Position numbers and translations under genes: made by a program. The notes beneath the pieces are model-generated. The model had not been told where the DNA came from and ran no database searches. It worked only from the letters and a program-made list of their open reading frames with translations. 64,000 bases of DNA from Corallococcus sp. AB038B. GTDB lineage: Bacteria > Myxococcota > Myxococcia > Myxococcales > Myxococcaceae. Positions 10,072 to 19,081 of the stretch are shown here, piece after piece. The stretch covers positions 599,605 to 663,604 of the forward strand of contig NZ_RAWO01000002.1 of NCBI RefSeq assembly GCF_003668955.1. Direction: 5' to 3'. Within the stretch, counting starts at the first letter, position 1; each line of letters opens with the position of its first letter.

Positions 10072-10198
10072 CCGGAAACTCCTGGCTTCGAAGTAGCCTG
10101 GGACTTACACGAGCCATTCCGTAGTCCGTGGGCCCTTGAACCGGGCCTGGAAACCAGCCGACACTTCCGGTCCGAGAACCGAGGGGGTCAGGGTGCGC

Positions 10199-10555
10199 AT
10201 GAACACGAAGTTGGATGGGCCGGTGGAGCCAGACCCGTACATGAACCGCCGCGCCGAGGAGCGCGTGGCGGCGCGGTTCGAAGTGCGCTTCGAGCAGATG
10301 GAGGACGCGGCGCGTGCGCTGCGGGCCTACTCGCTGAATGTGTCCGCCGGCGGTCTGTGCCTGCGCACGCGCAAGTCCTACGACGTGGGCGCGCAGGTGC
10401 GGCTGGCCATGGTCATCGATGGGGAGGACTTCCACCTCACCGCTGTCGTCGCCTGGGTGCGCGACGAGGCGGAGGCCATCGGCGTGCGCTTCATCGACGT
10501 GAGCGAAGAGGACCACGAGCGCCTGCGCCGAGTCATCGCGAGCTTCAAGCGCTGA
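10199..10555 (+). CDS. PilZ-domain protein (c-di-GMP binding)
   Basis: RRAEERV…LSAGGLCL is a PilZ RxxxR…D/NxSxGG motif. The ATG at 10199 follows a gaggggg RBS; the ORF is open from 10136. Confidence 0.7.
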   Translation: MNTKLDGPVEPDPYMNRRAEERVAARFEVRFEQMEDAARALRAYSLNVSAGGLCLRTRKSYDVGAQVRLAMVIDGEDFHLTAVVAWVRDEAEAIGVRFIDVSEEDHERLRRVIASFKR

Positions 10556-10576
10556 AACGCTTCACTCCGCGAAGGA

Positions 10577-10596
10577 GCCCGGCCAGGACGCCGGGC
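10577..10596. terminator. GC hairpin between the convergent PilZ and GNAT genes
   Basis: gcccggc cagga c gccgggc: a 7-bp stem with a 6-nt loop. Confidence 0.35.
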
Positions 10597-10613
10597 CCTC
10601 GCGGCACTTCCCG

Positions 10614-11084
10614 CTACCGCTGGGGCAGCTCGTACTCCGCGTGGCGGAACACCCCGGAGTCACCTTCCACGTAGCCGCACGCCCGGTAGAAGGCGCGCGT
10701 CTCCTCGGTGACGTTGATGGGGGCGATGAGCTGCAACTGCTTCACGCTCAGCACCTTGCCCCGCTGGGCCACCTGCGCGAGCAGCGCGCGGCCCACGCCC
10801 CGGCGGCGCCAGCCCTCCGACACCACCAGCTCGTCCACGGTGGCCACGCGCCCGCGCAGCCGCAGCTGCGGCCGGTGGGAGAAGGACACCATGCCCACCG
10901 CGCGGTCCTGCGGGTCTCCCGCGACGAAGATTTCAATCTCCGGATGGCTGATGACCCAGTGCACCGTCTGCTGATCGGTGCCCTGGGGGTAGCCCAGCTC
11001 GCGCAGCAGCTGGGCCATGACCTCGGCGTCACCGCGACGCGCGCGGCGGATGCGGAAGGCGTTGGCGTCTGGGGCGGGGGTCAT
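10614..11084 (-). CDS. GNAT-family N-acetyltransferase
   Basis: GNAT motif A region: VATVDELVVSEGWRRRGVGRALL. Probable start at MTPAPDANAF; the ORF is open to 11147. Confidence 0.8.
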   Translation of the reverse strand: MTPAPDANAFRIRRARRGDAEVMAQLLRELGYPQGTDQQTVHWVISHPEIEIFVAGDPQDRAVGMVSFSHRPQLRLRGRVATVDELVVSEGWRRRGVGRALLAQVAQRGKVLSVKQLQLIAPINVTEETRAFYRACGYVEGDSGVFRHAEYELPQR

Positions 11085-11204
11085 GGTGCGTACGATGGGC
11101 TGGGACACGGAAGTTGGGATTCTAACGACTGGGCCGCCGGCCTCCAAAGAGGAACGGCGGCCCGGATGTCTTTCTGCGGTGTAGGCGGAAACCCGGGCCA
11201 GCGC

Positions 11205-12260
11205 CTACGGCTGCTCGCGGCAGAGGTTGCGCAGGGCGGTGGTGACGTCGTTCTGCTGCGGCACGGACGCCATCTCCAGCGCGTCCGCCAGGCCGATGCC
11301 CGGGATGAACTTGCCGGCGACCAGCCGGGGCGGCGCGAGCAGCGAGTAGAACAGCTCCTCCACGGTGCGCCGGACCAGGTGCTCGCCGAAGTTGGTGACC
11401 TCCGTGTCCTCGTTGACGAAGAGCACGCGGCCCGTCTTCTGGACGGAGGCCTTGATCATCTCCCAGTCGTACGGCCAGAGCGAGCGCAGGTCGATGACCT
11501 CCACGCTCAGGCCCTCTTCTTCCAACTGGGCGGCGGCCTTGATGCACAGGGGCATGGTGCGGCCGTAGCTGATGACCGTGGCCTGGGTGCCCTCGCGCAC
11601 GAGCTTGCCCTTGCCAATGGGGATGGCGAACGCCTCCACCAGGGGCCACTGGGGCTTCCACTGCGAGCGGTCACCCAGGGGCGCGTCGATCATCTTCGAC
11701 AGCGCGCGGTCGTCCTCGGGCTCGCCGGGGATGCGCTCGTCGCCCTTCACGCGCAGGAGCGCCTTGGGCTCCAGGAACATGACGGGGTTGGGTTCCTGGC
11801 ACGCGGAGATGAGCAGACCGTACGCGTCCAGCGGCGTGGAGGGCATGACGACCTTCCAGCCGGGGATGTGCGTCATCGTCGCGTCGAAGGAATGCGAGTG
11901 GTACAGCGACCCTCGGATGCCGCTGCCTACGGGCGTGCGCACCACCATGGGCACGGACCAGTCACCGTTCGTGGACCAGTGCGTGTTGCCCACGAGCTTG
12001 AGCAGGTCGATGGTGTTGTAGATGTAGTCGCAGAACTGGATCTCCGCCACGGGGCGGTGGCCCGCCATCGCCAGACCCATGGCCGCGCCGATGATGCCGC
12101 GCTCGTCCAGGGGGCTGTTCCACGCCGTCTTCAGACCCTGCGTACAGGTGAAGACGCCGCCCAGCGGGGCACCCACGTCCTCGCCGAAGATGTCGGTGAC
12201 GCCCAGGTTCTCTTCCGCGTAGTGCAGGGCCATGCGGATGGCCTGTGCCATGTTCGCCAT
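11205..12260 (-). CDS. Branched-chain α-keto acid dehydrogenase E1 component, β subunit (esg-type locus)
   Basis: 351 aa with transketolase-like Pyr and C-terminal domains (FGEDVG…GGVFTCTQGL, EPKALLR). Lies 2 nt downstream of the E1α stop. Confidence 0.9.
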   Translation of the reverse strand: MANMAQAIRMALHYAEENLGVTDIFGEDVGAPLGGVFTCTQGLKTAWNSPLDERGIIGAAMGLAMAGHRPVAEIQFCDYIYNTIDLLKLVGNTHWSTNGDWSVPMVVRTPVGSGIRGSLYHSHSFDATMTHIPGWKVVMPSTPLDAYGLLISACQEPNPVMFLEPKALLRVKGDERIPGEPEDDRALSKMIDAPLGDRSQWKPQWPLVEAFAIPIGKGKLVREGTQATVISYGRTMPLCIKAAAQLEEEGLSVEVIDLRSLWPYDWEMIKASVQKTGRVLFVNEDTEVTNFGEHLVRRTVEELFYSLLAPPRLVAGKFIPGIGLADALEMASVPQQNDVTTALRNLCREQP

Positions 12261-12262
12261 GG

Positions 12263-13270
12263 TTATTTCTTCTCCGCGTAGATGTGTTCCCAGATGGAGT
12301 CGCCAGAGGGCTGCGGCTCGTCGCGCACGGTGCGCGCCGCGGCGGCCAGCTCCTCCGAGTACCGGGTGCGCGCCTCGTCCATCTGCTCGCGGTTGAGGAC
12401 TCCTTCCTGCTCCAGCCGCGCCTCGAACAGGCGCAGGCAGTCCTGCTCCTCGTTCACGAAGTTGGCGCCGGACGCGGACGAGTGCCCGTACAGGCGGGAC
12501 ACGCGAGCCTCGATGAAGAAGGGCTTGCGCTCCTTGCGCACGTACTCCATCGCGGCCTGGATCTCCTGGTAGGACTCCACCGGATCAATGCCGTTGATGG
12601 TCTTCGCCTGGATGTTGAAGGCGCGCGCGCGGTCGCTGATGTTCGTCTCGCCGTGCTGGCCGTCCGAAGTGGTGCTGATGCCCCACTTGTTGTTGGTGAC
12701 GATGATCAGGATGGGCAGCGGGTTGGCCGGGCGGCTGCTCCAGATGAGGCAGCTGGCGAAATCGCCCTCGGCCGTGCCCGCGTCGCCGCCGGTGACGATG
12801 GTGATGCCGTCGCCGCCGTGGCGCTTCTGGGCCATGGCCGTGCCCGGCGCGACGGCGTACTGCACCTCGATGGGGGAGGTGACGGGCGCGATGTTCTTCG
12901 AGCGCCGGCTGAAGTGGCCCGCGAAGTTGCGGCCGCCGGAGTAGGGGTCCGTGGCCGTGTTCTTCATCTGCCGCAGCGCCCCGATGGGCTCCTCGCCCAT
13001 GGCGAGCAGCGTCGCGGACTGACGGTAGTGCGCGTGCAGGTAGTCGTAGGCCGGGCCCTCGCCGACCTTCATCAGCATGCCCAGGGGGACGTTGAACGCC
13101 TCCTCACCGGGGCCGCCGATCCAGAAGTAGCCGTGGCCCTGCTTGTACATCTGGATCAGGCGCTCCTCCAGGACGCGCGCCTTCACCATCAGGTCATGGA
13201 TGCGAATGAGCTGCTCTCGGGGCAGGGAGAGCGGCGCGGAGTTCTCTTTGATCAACCGGGGCCGAGACAC
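12263..13270 (-). CDS. Branched-chain α-keto acid dehydrogenase E1 component, α subunit (TPP-binding; esg-type locus)
   Basis: 335 aa. TPP motif GDGITIVTGGDAGTAEGDF…NNKWGIST. Gene order α then β matches the Myxococcus esg locus. Confidence 0.9.
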   Translation of the reverse strand: MSRPRLIKENSAPLSLPREQLIRIHDLMVKARVLEERLIQMYKQGHGYFWIGGPGEEAFNVPLGMLMKVGEGPAYDYLHAHYRQSATLLAMGEEPIGALRQMKNTATDPYSGGRNFAGHFSRRSKNIAPVTSPIEVQYAVAPGTAMAQKRHGGDGITIVTGGDAGTAEGDFASCLIWSSRPANPLPILIIVTNNKWGISTTSDGQHGETNISDRARAFNIQAKTINGIDPVESYQEIQAAMEYVRKERKPFFIEARVSRLYGHSSASGANFVNEEQDCLRLFEARLEQEGVLNREQMDEARTRYSEELAAAARTVRDEPQPSGDSIWEHIYAEKK

Positions 13271-13528
13271 GGGCGGACGACCTCGAAGGGGAAAGAAAGG
13301 GACGCCCCTATACTCCGAACGCGGCCTCCCGACTCAAGGACCCTGATGTCACGGGTGTTCGCCAGCACCTTTCGGCCCCCGGGTGGCGCGACGCGGCAAT
13401 GAGCGGAACTCATCCATGCCCTCGTGACGTGCTGCTTCCAGGAGGCGCTTGGACGCTCCCGGTCCGGGCTGATCGCACGGCCGTTGGGGGGGCGGGAGAG
13501 GGGGCGCCCGCGAGGAATCGGCTGACAG

Positions 13529-15415
13529 GTGGACTCCTCGCGTCAATCAGGAAGTGAGATACAGTCCGCCCCGCTCCGACCGCGTTCTCCGACGCGGGCT
13601 CCCCCAGGTGTGCCTTTGTCCCGTACGAACACGCGCCTCGATCCCGTGCCCGAATCACCTGATGCATCCGATGCGGCGCCCGGCACCCCGCCTCCTCCTC
13701 CGGAGTACACCGGCACCCATTCCCGGGAGCTCACCGGGCTGCGCGGGGAGAACACGGCCACCCGGCTGACGGGCTCGGTGGGGCTGCCGGCGACGGAGCC
13801 CACGAGCACGGTCATCGCGCCCATGGAGGCCGGAGAGCTGCCCAACGTGGCGGCCATCCGCGGGCTCCGGTTGGATCAGCTGCTGCTGCTCACCACGGGC
13901 GCGCTGGTCATCGTGATCGTGGGCCTGCTGGCCGCGCTGTCCGCGAAGACGACGGAGGCGCAGCTCACCGCGACGTCGGACCGCTTCACGCAGCGGCTCC
14001 AGTCCCAGGCGCGCGAACTGGGTCAGACGGTGAGCCACACGCTGGCGCTCACCTCCGCCACCAGCCTGCGTGACAACAACTACGCGTTCCTCACGGAAGT
14101 GGCGCGCTCCATCATCTCGGACAACCGCAACATCCTGCGTGTGCAGATGTTCGACGCGGACGGGCAGCTCGTCGCGGACAGCGACCCGTCCGCCAAGCTG
14201 GGCGAGTCCTCCGGAGGCCGCAGCGCCGAGCGCCGCTGGGCCAGCGCCTTCTTCCAGGGCCAGCCCGTCTTCGAGTTCCAGGAGCCGCTCGACTACGGCT
14301 CGCAGGCCGGCAAGGGCGTGGTCGTCATCAGCTACTCGCTGGAGGACCTGCAGAAGCAGCTGCATGAGTTGGAGGAGACCAACCGCGCCGCGGTGCGCGC
14401 CAACACGCTGCGCATCGTCGGGCTGGGTGTGGGCTTCGTCGTACTGGCCGGCGTGCTGGCCGCGTTCCAAAGCCGCCGCATCACCAAGCCGCTGGGCGTG
14501 CTCACCCACCGCGTGATGCAACTGGCCGCCGGTGACCTGGGCGCTCGCGCGGGCACGGCGCCGGGCGCGGGCCGCGAGGTGACGACGCTGGGCGTGGTGT
14601 TCAACCACATGGCGGAGCGCATCAAGGTCCTGCTGGAGGACGTGCGCGCCAAGGCGCAGCTGGAGCGCGAGGTGTCGCTCGCGCGCACGGTGCAGGAGAC
14701 GCTCCTTCCGGGCCGCGAGGCCGTGACGGTGGGCCCGCTGCGGCTGGCCGGGCTGGTGGTGCCCGCGGACGCGTGCGGCGGCGACTGGTGGTTCCGCGCC
14801 GCGCTGGACGACCGGCGCGTGGTGATTGGCATCGGAGACGTGACGGGCCACGGTCTGTCCACGTCGCTGGTCGCCACCAGCGCCACCAGCGGCTTCGCCT
14901 CCGCCATGACGCTGCGCGAGCCGTCGCAGGTGCACGCGCAGATGCTGATCACCGCGCTCAACGTGACGCTGGCCAACGTGGGTCGCGGCGAGCACCAGAT
15001 GTCCAGCGCGCTCGCGGTCATCGACGTGTACAGCGGGCAGATTGATTACGCGGCGGGCGCCCACCCGGCGGCGGCCATCTACAACCGGAACACGCGGCAG
15101 ATGGCCTCGCTGCCCGCGCGTGGTCCGCTGCTGGGCGCGAACGTCGCCTCGCAGTTCACGTCGCGCCAGGCGGTGCTGAGCCCCGGCGACATCGTCGTCT
15201 GGTACACGGACGGCCTCACCGAGGCGCGCGACGGCGCCAACCGGCTCTACGGCACGCAGCGACTGGCCGCCGCGCTCCAGACCCACGCCCACCTCCCCGC
15301 CGACGCCCTTCGCGACGCGCTCCTCGCGGACGTGCGCGCGTACAGCGCCGGCCAGCCCCAGCGCGACGACATCACCGTCATCGTCGCCGAATTCAGCCCC
15401 GCCCCCTCGCCGTGA
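13529..15415 (+). CDS. Membrane-anchored HAMP–PP2C (SpoIIE/RsbU-type) serine phosphatase
   Basis: TM helix LLLLTTGALVIVIVGLLAAL. HAMP region …ITKPLGVLTHRVMQLAAGDLGAR. PPM block CGGDWWF…IGIGDVTGHGLSTSL…WYTDGLTEA. Start uncertain between 13529 and the Met at ~13826. Confidence 0.8.
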   Translation: MDSSRQSGSEIQSAPLRPRSPTRAPPGVPLSRTNTRLDPVPESPDASDAAPGTPPPPPEYTGTHSRELTGLRGENTATRLTGSVGLPATEPTSTVIAPMEAGELPNVAAIRGLRLDQLLLLTTGALVIVIVGLLAALSAKTTEAQLTATSDRFTQRLQSQARELGQTVSHTLALTSATSLRDNNYAFLTEVARSIISDNRNILRVQMFDADGQLVADSDPSAKLGESSGGRSAERRWASAFFQGQPVFEFQEPLDYGSQAGKGVVVISYSLEDLQKQLHELEETNRAAVRANTLRIVGLGVGFVVLAGVLAAFQSRRITKPLGVLTHRVMQLAAGDLGARAGTAPGAGREVTTLGVVFNHMAERIKVLLEDVRAKAQLEREVSLARTVQETLLPGREAVTVGPLRLAGLVVPADACGGDWWFRAALDDRRVVIGIGDVTGHGLSTSLVATSATSGFASAMTLREPSQVHAQMLITALNVTLANVGRGEHQMSSALAVIDVYSGQIDYAAGAHPAAAIYNRNTRQMASLPARGPLLGANVASQFTSRQAVLSPGDIVVWYTDGLTEARDGANRLYGTQRLAAALQTHAHLPADALRDALLADVRAYSAGQPQRDDITVIVAEFSPAPSP

Positions 15416-17937
15416 CGAATCGCATGCGCCCATTCCACCGTTCCCCGCGCCGCGTCTCCACCGCGCTCGCCCTGCTGGCCACCCTGGCCGGCCCGCCGGC
15501 GGCGCTCGCCCAGTTCCGCCCTCCGCCCGCCACCGAGGCGCAGCGCATGACGGAGCAGGGCGAGCAGGCCCTCGTGTCCGCCAACGCCGCCGCCTCCAAG
15601 GGTGACAAGAAGGAGGCGGAGGAGAAGTTCAAGAAGGCGCTCCAGCTCTTCGAACAGTCGCTCACGCAGGAGCCGCAGTCCGTGTTCGCCGCCGCGGGCC
15701 TGGGCAGCGCCGCCAACGCGCTCCAGGACTTCCAGCGCACGGCCGCGCGCCTTGCGCCGGTGTTCGCGCAGAACCCGCAGGAGCTGTCGCTCGCGTACCC
15801 GCTGGGCACCGCGTACTTCAAGCTGCGCCGCTTCCAGGAGGCGGTGCCGGTGCTGGAGCAGGTGGCCGCCGCGGATCAGCCGGACCACCTCATCGTCCAC
15901 TACTACCTGGCCAGCTATTACCTGTACGTCCAGGACGGGAACCGGGCCGTGACGCGGCTGCAGCGCTACCTGACGCTGCGCCCGGAGAAGCTCGCGGGCA
16001 ACGACTTCCAGATCCACGAGCTGCTGGGCAAGGCGCACCTCATCCGCCGGGACGCTGTCGCCGCGCGCGCCTCGTTCGAGAAGGCGCAGGCCGGCCGGGC
16101 CGAGTCCGCGACCGCGCAGATCGGCCTCGCGGCCGTGCTGGAGATGGAAGGCCACGTGCAGGAGTCCCGCGCGCTCCTGGAGCGGCTGGTGACGAAGTTC
16201 CCGCAGGTGGCGGAGCCGAAGGAGCGCCTCGCGCGCCTGTATCTCGCCGCGGGCGACGTGCCGCGTGCGGACCTCCAGGCCACCGCCCTGATGAAGCTGG
16301 GCTCCACTCCCGCCGCGCACCTCTTGCTGGGTGACGTGCGGCTCGCGCAGAAGCAGCCCGCGCAGGCGGAAGCGGAGTTCCGCAAGGTGCTGGAGCTGCA
16401 GCCGGGCCTGCTCCTGGGACAGATCGCCGTGGGCAAGGCGCTCCAGGCGCAGGCGCGCCACGAGGAGGCCATCCAGTTCCTGGAGTCCGCCGTGAAGTCG
16501 GGTGGCGGCAGCCTGGAGCTGTGGGCGACGTTGGGCTCCGTCAACCGCCGTGCCGGCCGCTACCAGCGCGCGGTGGAGGTGCACCGGCGCGTGGTGGAGA
16601 TGGCCCCGCGCCAGGCGCTGGGCCACGTGCTGCTGGGCGCGGATCACTTCGCCACCGGCCAGTGGGATCAGGCCATCGAGGACTACGGCAGCGCGCTCCA
16701 GGTGGAGCCCAACCACCCCGGCGCGAAGCAGTGGCTGGCCCGGGCCCTGGCCCACCGCGCGAGAGACCGAGCCGGCACCCAGCGCCTGGAAGACGCCGTG
16801 CGCGACCTGCGCCGCGCGTATGACCTGGACCGCTCCGTGCCCATGGCCCGCCGGCTGGGCGCGGCGCTCCTGGACAGCCACCAGTTCGCGGAGGCCCGCA
16901 AGGTGATGGAGGGCGCGGTGACGCTGCCGGGTGCGACCTGGCGCGAGCACCTGTTGCTCGGCTACGCCCGGCTGGGCGGTGGCGACGCGCAGGCCGCGCT
17001 CGCCGCGTTCACCCAGTCCGGTGAGGCCACGCAGGAGCCGGATCAGCGCGCGGAAGCGTCCGCGGGCGCCGCGCTCGCGGAAGTGGAGCTGGGCCAGGTG
17101 GACGCCGCCGTGCAGCGGCTGACGGACGCGGGGCCCTCCAAGACGGCCGCGAAGGTGGCGGAGGCGAACCTGCCTCGCGTGCTGGTGCGCCGGGCCCTGG
17201 CGAAGCTGGAGACGGGCGACGCCGCCGCGGCGAACCGGGACCTGGACGCGGTGGACCGCCTGGGCACCGGCAAGCGCGGGGACCTGGCGAAGCTGGCCGC
17301 CTTCGCCCGTGCGCTCACGCGCGCGGAGGAGGGGAAGTTCGCGGAGGCCACCGCAGGCCTCAAGCGCTCCCTCACGCCCGCGCCGGAATGGGCCTGGCCC
17401 AACACGCGCACGCTCGCGGATGCGTGGGTGCTCTACCGCCAGGGCAAGGTCGCGCCCTCGCGCAAGCTGCTCACCGCCGCGCAGAAGAAGCCCATGCCCG
17501 GGCAGCCGAAGTGGATGGGCAACCTCACCGGCGCGCTGCTGCGGCGTGAGGCGGCGCTCGCGTACGCCTCCGGCAACATGAAGGCGTCGGAGAAGGCGCT
17601 GAAGGCCGCGCTCGCCGCGACGCCCGACGACGCGCTGGTGCAGCACAACCTGGCGTGCGTGGGCTGGCGCCAGGGCGACAGCGCTTCGGCGCTCGCGACA
17701 TGGAAGCGCCTGGAGACCGCCGTACCTGTCGCCTCGCTCAACCTGGGCATCGACGCGCAGGAGCGACGGCATGAACCCGCCGAGGCCGTGGACGCCTGGC
17801 GCCGCTACCTGGCTGCTGGCGCGGGTCCTCGCGCCGCTCAGGTGCGGGAATGGAAGGACCGCCTGCAGGGCCTCTATGGACTGGGTGACGCGCAGGGCGT
17901 CGCGCCGGCCGCTGGGGTCGCGGAGGAGACGCCGTGA
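15412..17937 (+). CDS. Secreted tetratricopeptide-repeat (TPR) protein
   Basis: Signal peptide …LATLAGPPAALAQ, then about 20 TPR-like helical repeats. The ATGA start/stop overlap with the phosphatase gene suggests translational coupling. Confidence 0.8.
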   Translation: MTNRMRPFHRSPRRVSTALALLATLAGPPAALAQFRPPPATEAQRMTEQGEQALVSANAAASKGDKKEAEEKFKKALQLFEQSLTQEPQSVFAAAGLGSAANALQDFQRTAARLAPVFAQNPQELSLAYPLGTAYFKLRRFQEAVPVLEQVAAADQPDHLIVHYYLASYYLYVQDGNRAVTRLQRYLTLRPEKLAGNDFQIHELLGKAHLIRRDAVAARASFEKAQAGRAESATAQIGLAAVLEMEGHVQESRALLERLVTKFPQVAEPKERLARLYLAAGDVPRADLQATALMKLGSTPAAHLLLGDVRLAQKQPAQAEAEFRKVLELQPGLLLGQIAVGKALQAQARHEEAIQFLESAVKSGGGSLELWATLGSVNRRAGRYQRAVEVHRRVVEMAPRQALGHVLLGADHFATGQWDQAIEDYGSALQVEPNHPGAKQWLARALAHRARDRAGTQRLEDAVRDLRRAYDLDRSVPMARRLGAALLDSHQFAEARKVMEGAVTLPGATWREHLLLGYARLGGGDAQAALAAFTQSGEATQEPDQRAEASAGAALAEVELGQVDAAVQRLTDAGPSKTAAKVAEANLPRVLVRRALAKLETGDAAAANRDLDAVDRLGTGKRGDLAKLAAFARALTRAEEGKFAEATAGLKRSLTPAPEWAWPNTRTLADAWVLYRQGKVAPSRKLLTAAQKKPMPGQPKWMGNLTGALLRREAALAYASGNMKASEKALKAALAATPDDALVQHNLACVGWRQGDSASALATWKRLETAVPVASLNLGIDAQERRHEPAEAVDAWRRYLAAGAGPRAAQVREWKDRLQGLYGLGDAQGVAPAAGVAEETP

Positions 17938-18860
17938 AGACGCCATCCCTTGTCGCGCGGGGGAGCCTCCTGCTCGCCGCCGTGCTGTTCGCCGTTTCCG
18001 TTGCCAGCCCCGCGTCCGCCGCGCCGAAGAAGGCCACGCTGGGCGTGTTCCTCGCCACCACGCTGTCGGACGGCCAGGAGCGCTTCCAGTACGCGGAGGC
18101 GCTCGCCCAGAAGCTGGAGGCCAGCCTGGGCCGCCCCGTTGGCGCCAAGAGCTTTGGCCGCTACGAGGACTTCTCCAAGGCGGTGGGGGAGGGGCAGATC
18201 GACTTCGCCGTGGTGGACGGCTGGGCCGCGGTGCAGCTGGGCTCCAAGGCGGAGCCGGTGGCGTACGCGCCGCGCGCCGGTGAGACGCAGCAGCGCTGGG
18301 CCATCATCTCCCTCCAGAAGGGCACCGTGAAGGACCTGGCCGGCAAGCGCATGGCGCTGGTCAAGGGCGCCGGCTCCGCGGATCCGAAGTTCGTCTCCCA
18401 CGTCGTGCTGGGCGGCGACCTGGATGCCCAGAAGCACTTCAAGCTGGTGCCGGTGCCCAACGTGGAGTCGGCGGTGAAGATGCTGGAGGCCAAGGGCGCG
18501 GAGGCCGCGCTCGTGCCGGTGGCGCACGTGCCCAAGGACATGCGGGTGCTCTTCAAGAGCAGCCGGGTTCCGGGCGCCGTGCTGGTGGACCTGAAGGGCG
18601 GGGGAGACGCGTTGTCCCAGTCCCTGTCCTCCGTGGGTGCGGTCGCCCCGTTCGACGCCTTCGCCCGCATCCAGGGCCGCGAGTTCGAGGACTTCCGCAA
18701 GCTCGTCACCCAGGGCCCCCCGCGCCGTCAGCCCGTCCTCGCGGACTCGCCCGACCTGCGGGTGGAGACCCCCGTGCTCGTCCAATCCGAGTCGCTGGGT
18801 CCTGCCCTGCCGCCGTTCGCGGACGACCTGGCCGTCTCCGCCGAACAGCCGGATGACTGA
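17934..18860 (+). CDS. Orphan periplasmic PhnD/SsuA-like (phosphonate-type) substrate-binding protein
   Basis: GTG start overlaps the TPR stop (GTGA). Signal peptide LLLAAVLFAVSVASPASA. PBP-fold signature GQIDFAVVDGWAAVQ. No ABC permease or ATPase follows. Confidence 0.7.
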   Translation: MKTPSLVARGSLLLAAVLFAVSVASPASAAPKKATLGVFLATTLSDGQERFQYAEALAQKLEASLGRPVGAKSFGRYEDFSKAVGEGQIDFAVVDGWAAVQLGSKAEPVAYAPRAGETQQRWAIISLQKGTVKDLAGKRMALVKGAGSADPKFVSHVVLGGDLDAQKHFKLVPVPNVESAVKMLEAKGAEAALVPVAHVPKDMRVLFKSSRVPGAVLVDLKGGGDALSQSLSSVGAVAPFDAFARIQGREFEDFRKLVTQGPPRRQPVLADSPDLRVETPVLVQSESLGPALPPFADDLAVSAEQPDD

Positions 18861-19081
18861 TTGCGCCGTGGGCTGATCCGCGCACGGTGGTTTCGCCGCC
18901 GTGCGCGTGTTTCACCGCGATCGACAGCCATGACTTGGCCTAAGGCGAGTTATTGCGGTAATTTGAGAAGTCGAGCGGATCGCCACCGTTCAGGGGTGGA
19001 AACTCGTCCCTGAGAACGATTGCCAGTCGCACCGGCTCTGGTTCCTGGCGCTAGGACCGCGGATACCCCCTGCTTCCCCTC

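Noticed and set aside
18861-19081. Possible σ54 (−24/−12) promoter upstream of the TonB-dependent receptor (ctggttcctggcgct)
   Set aside because: The spacing and GC/TTGC elements do not fit the TGGCAC-N5-TTGC consensus well enough to call by eye.
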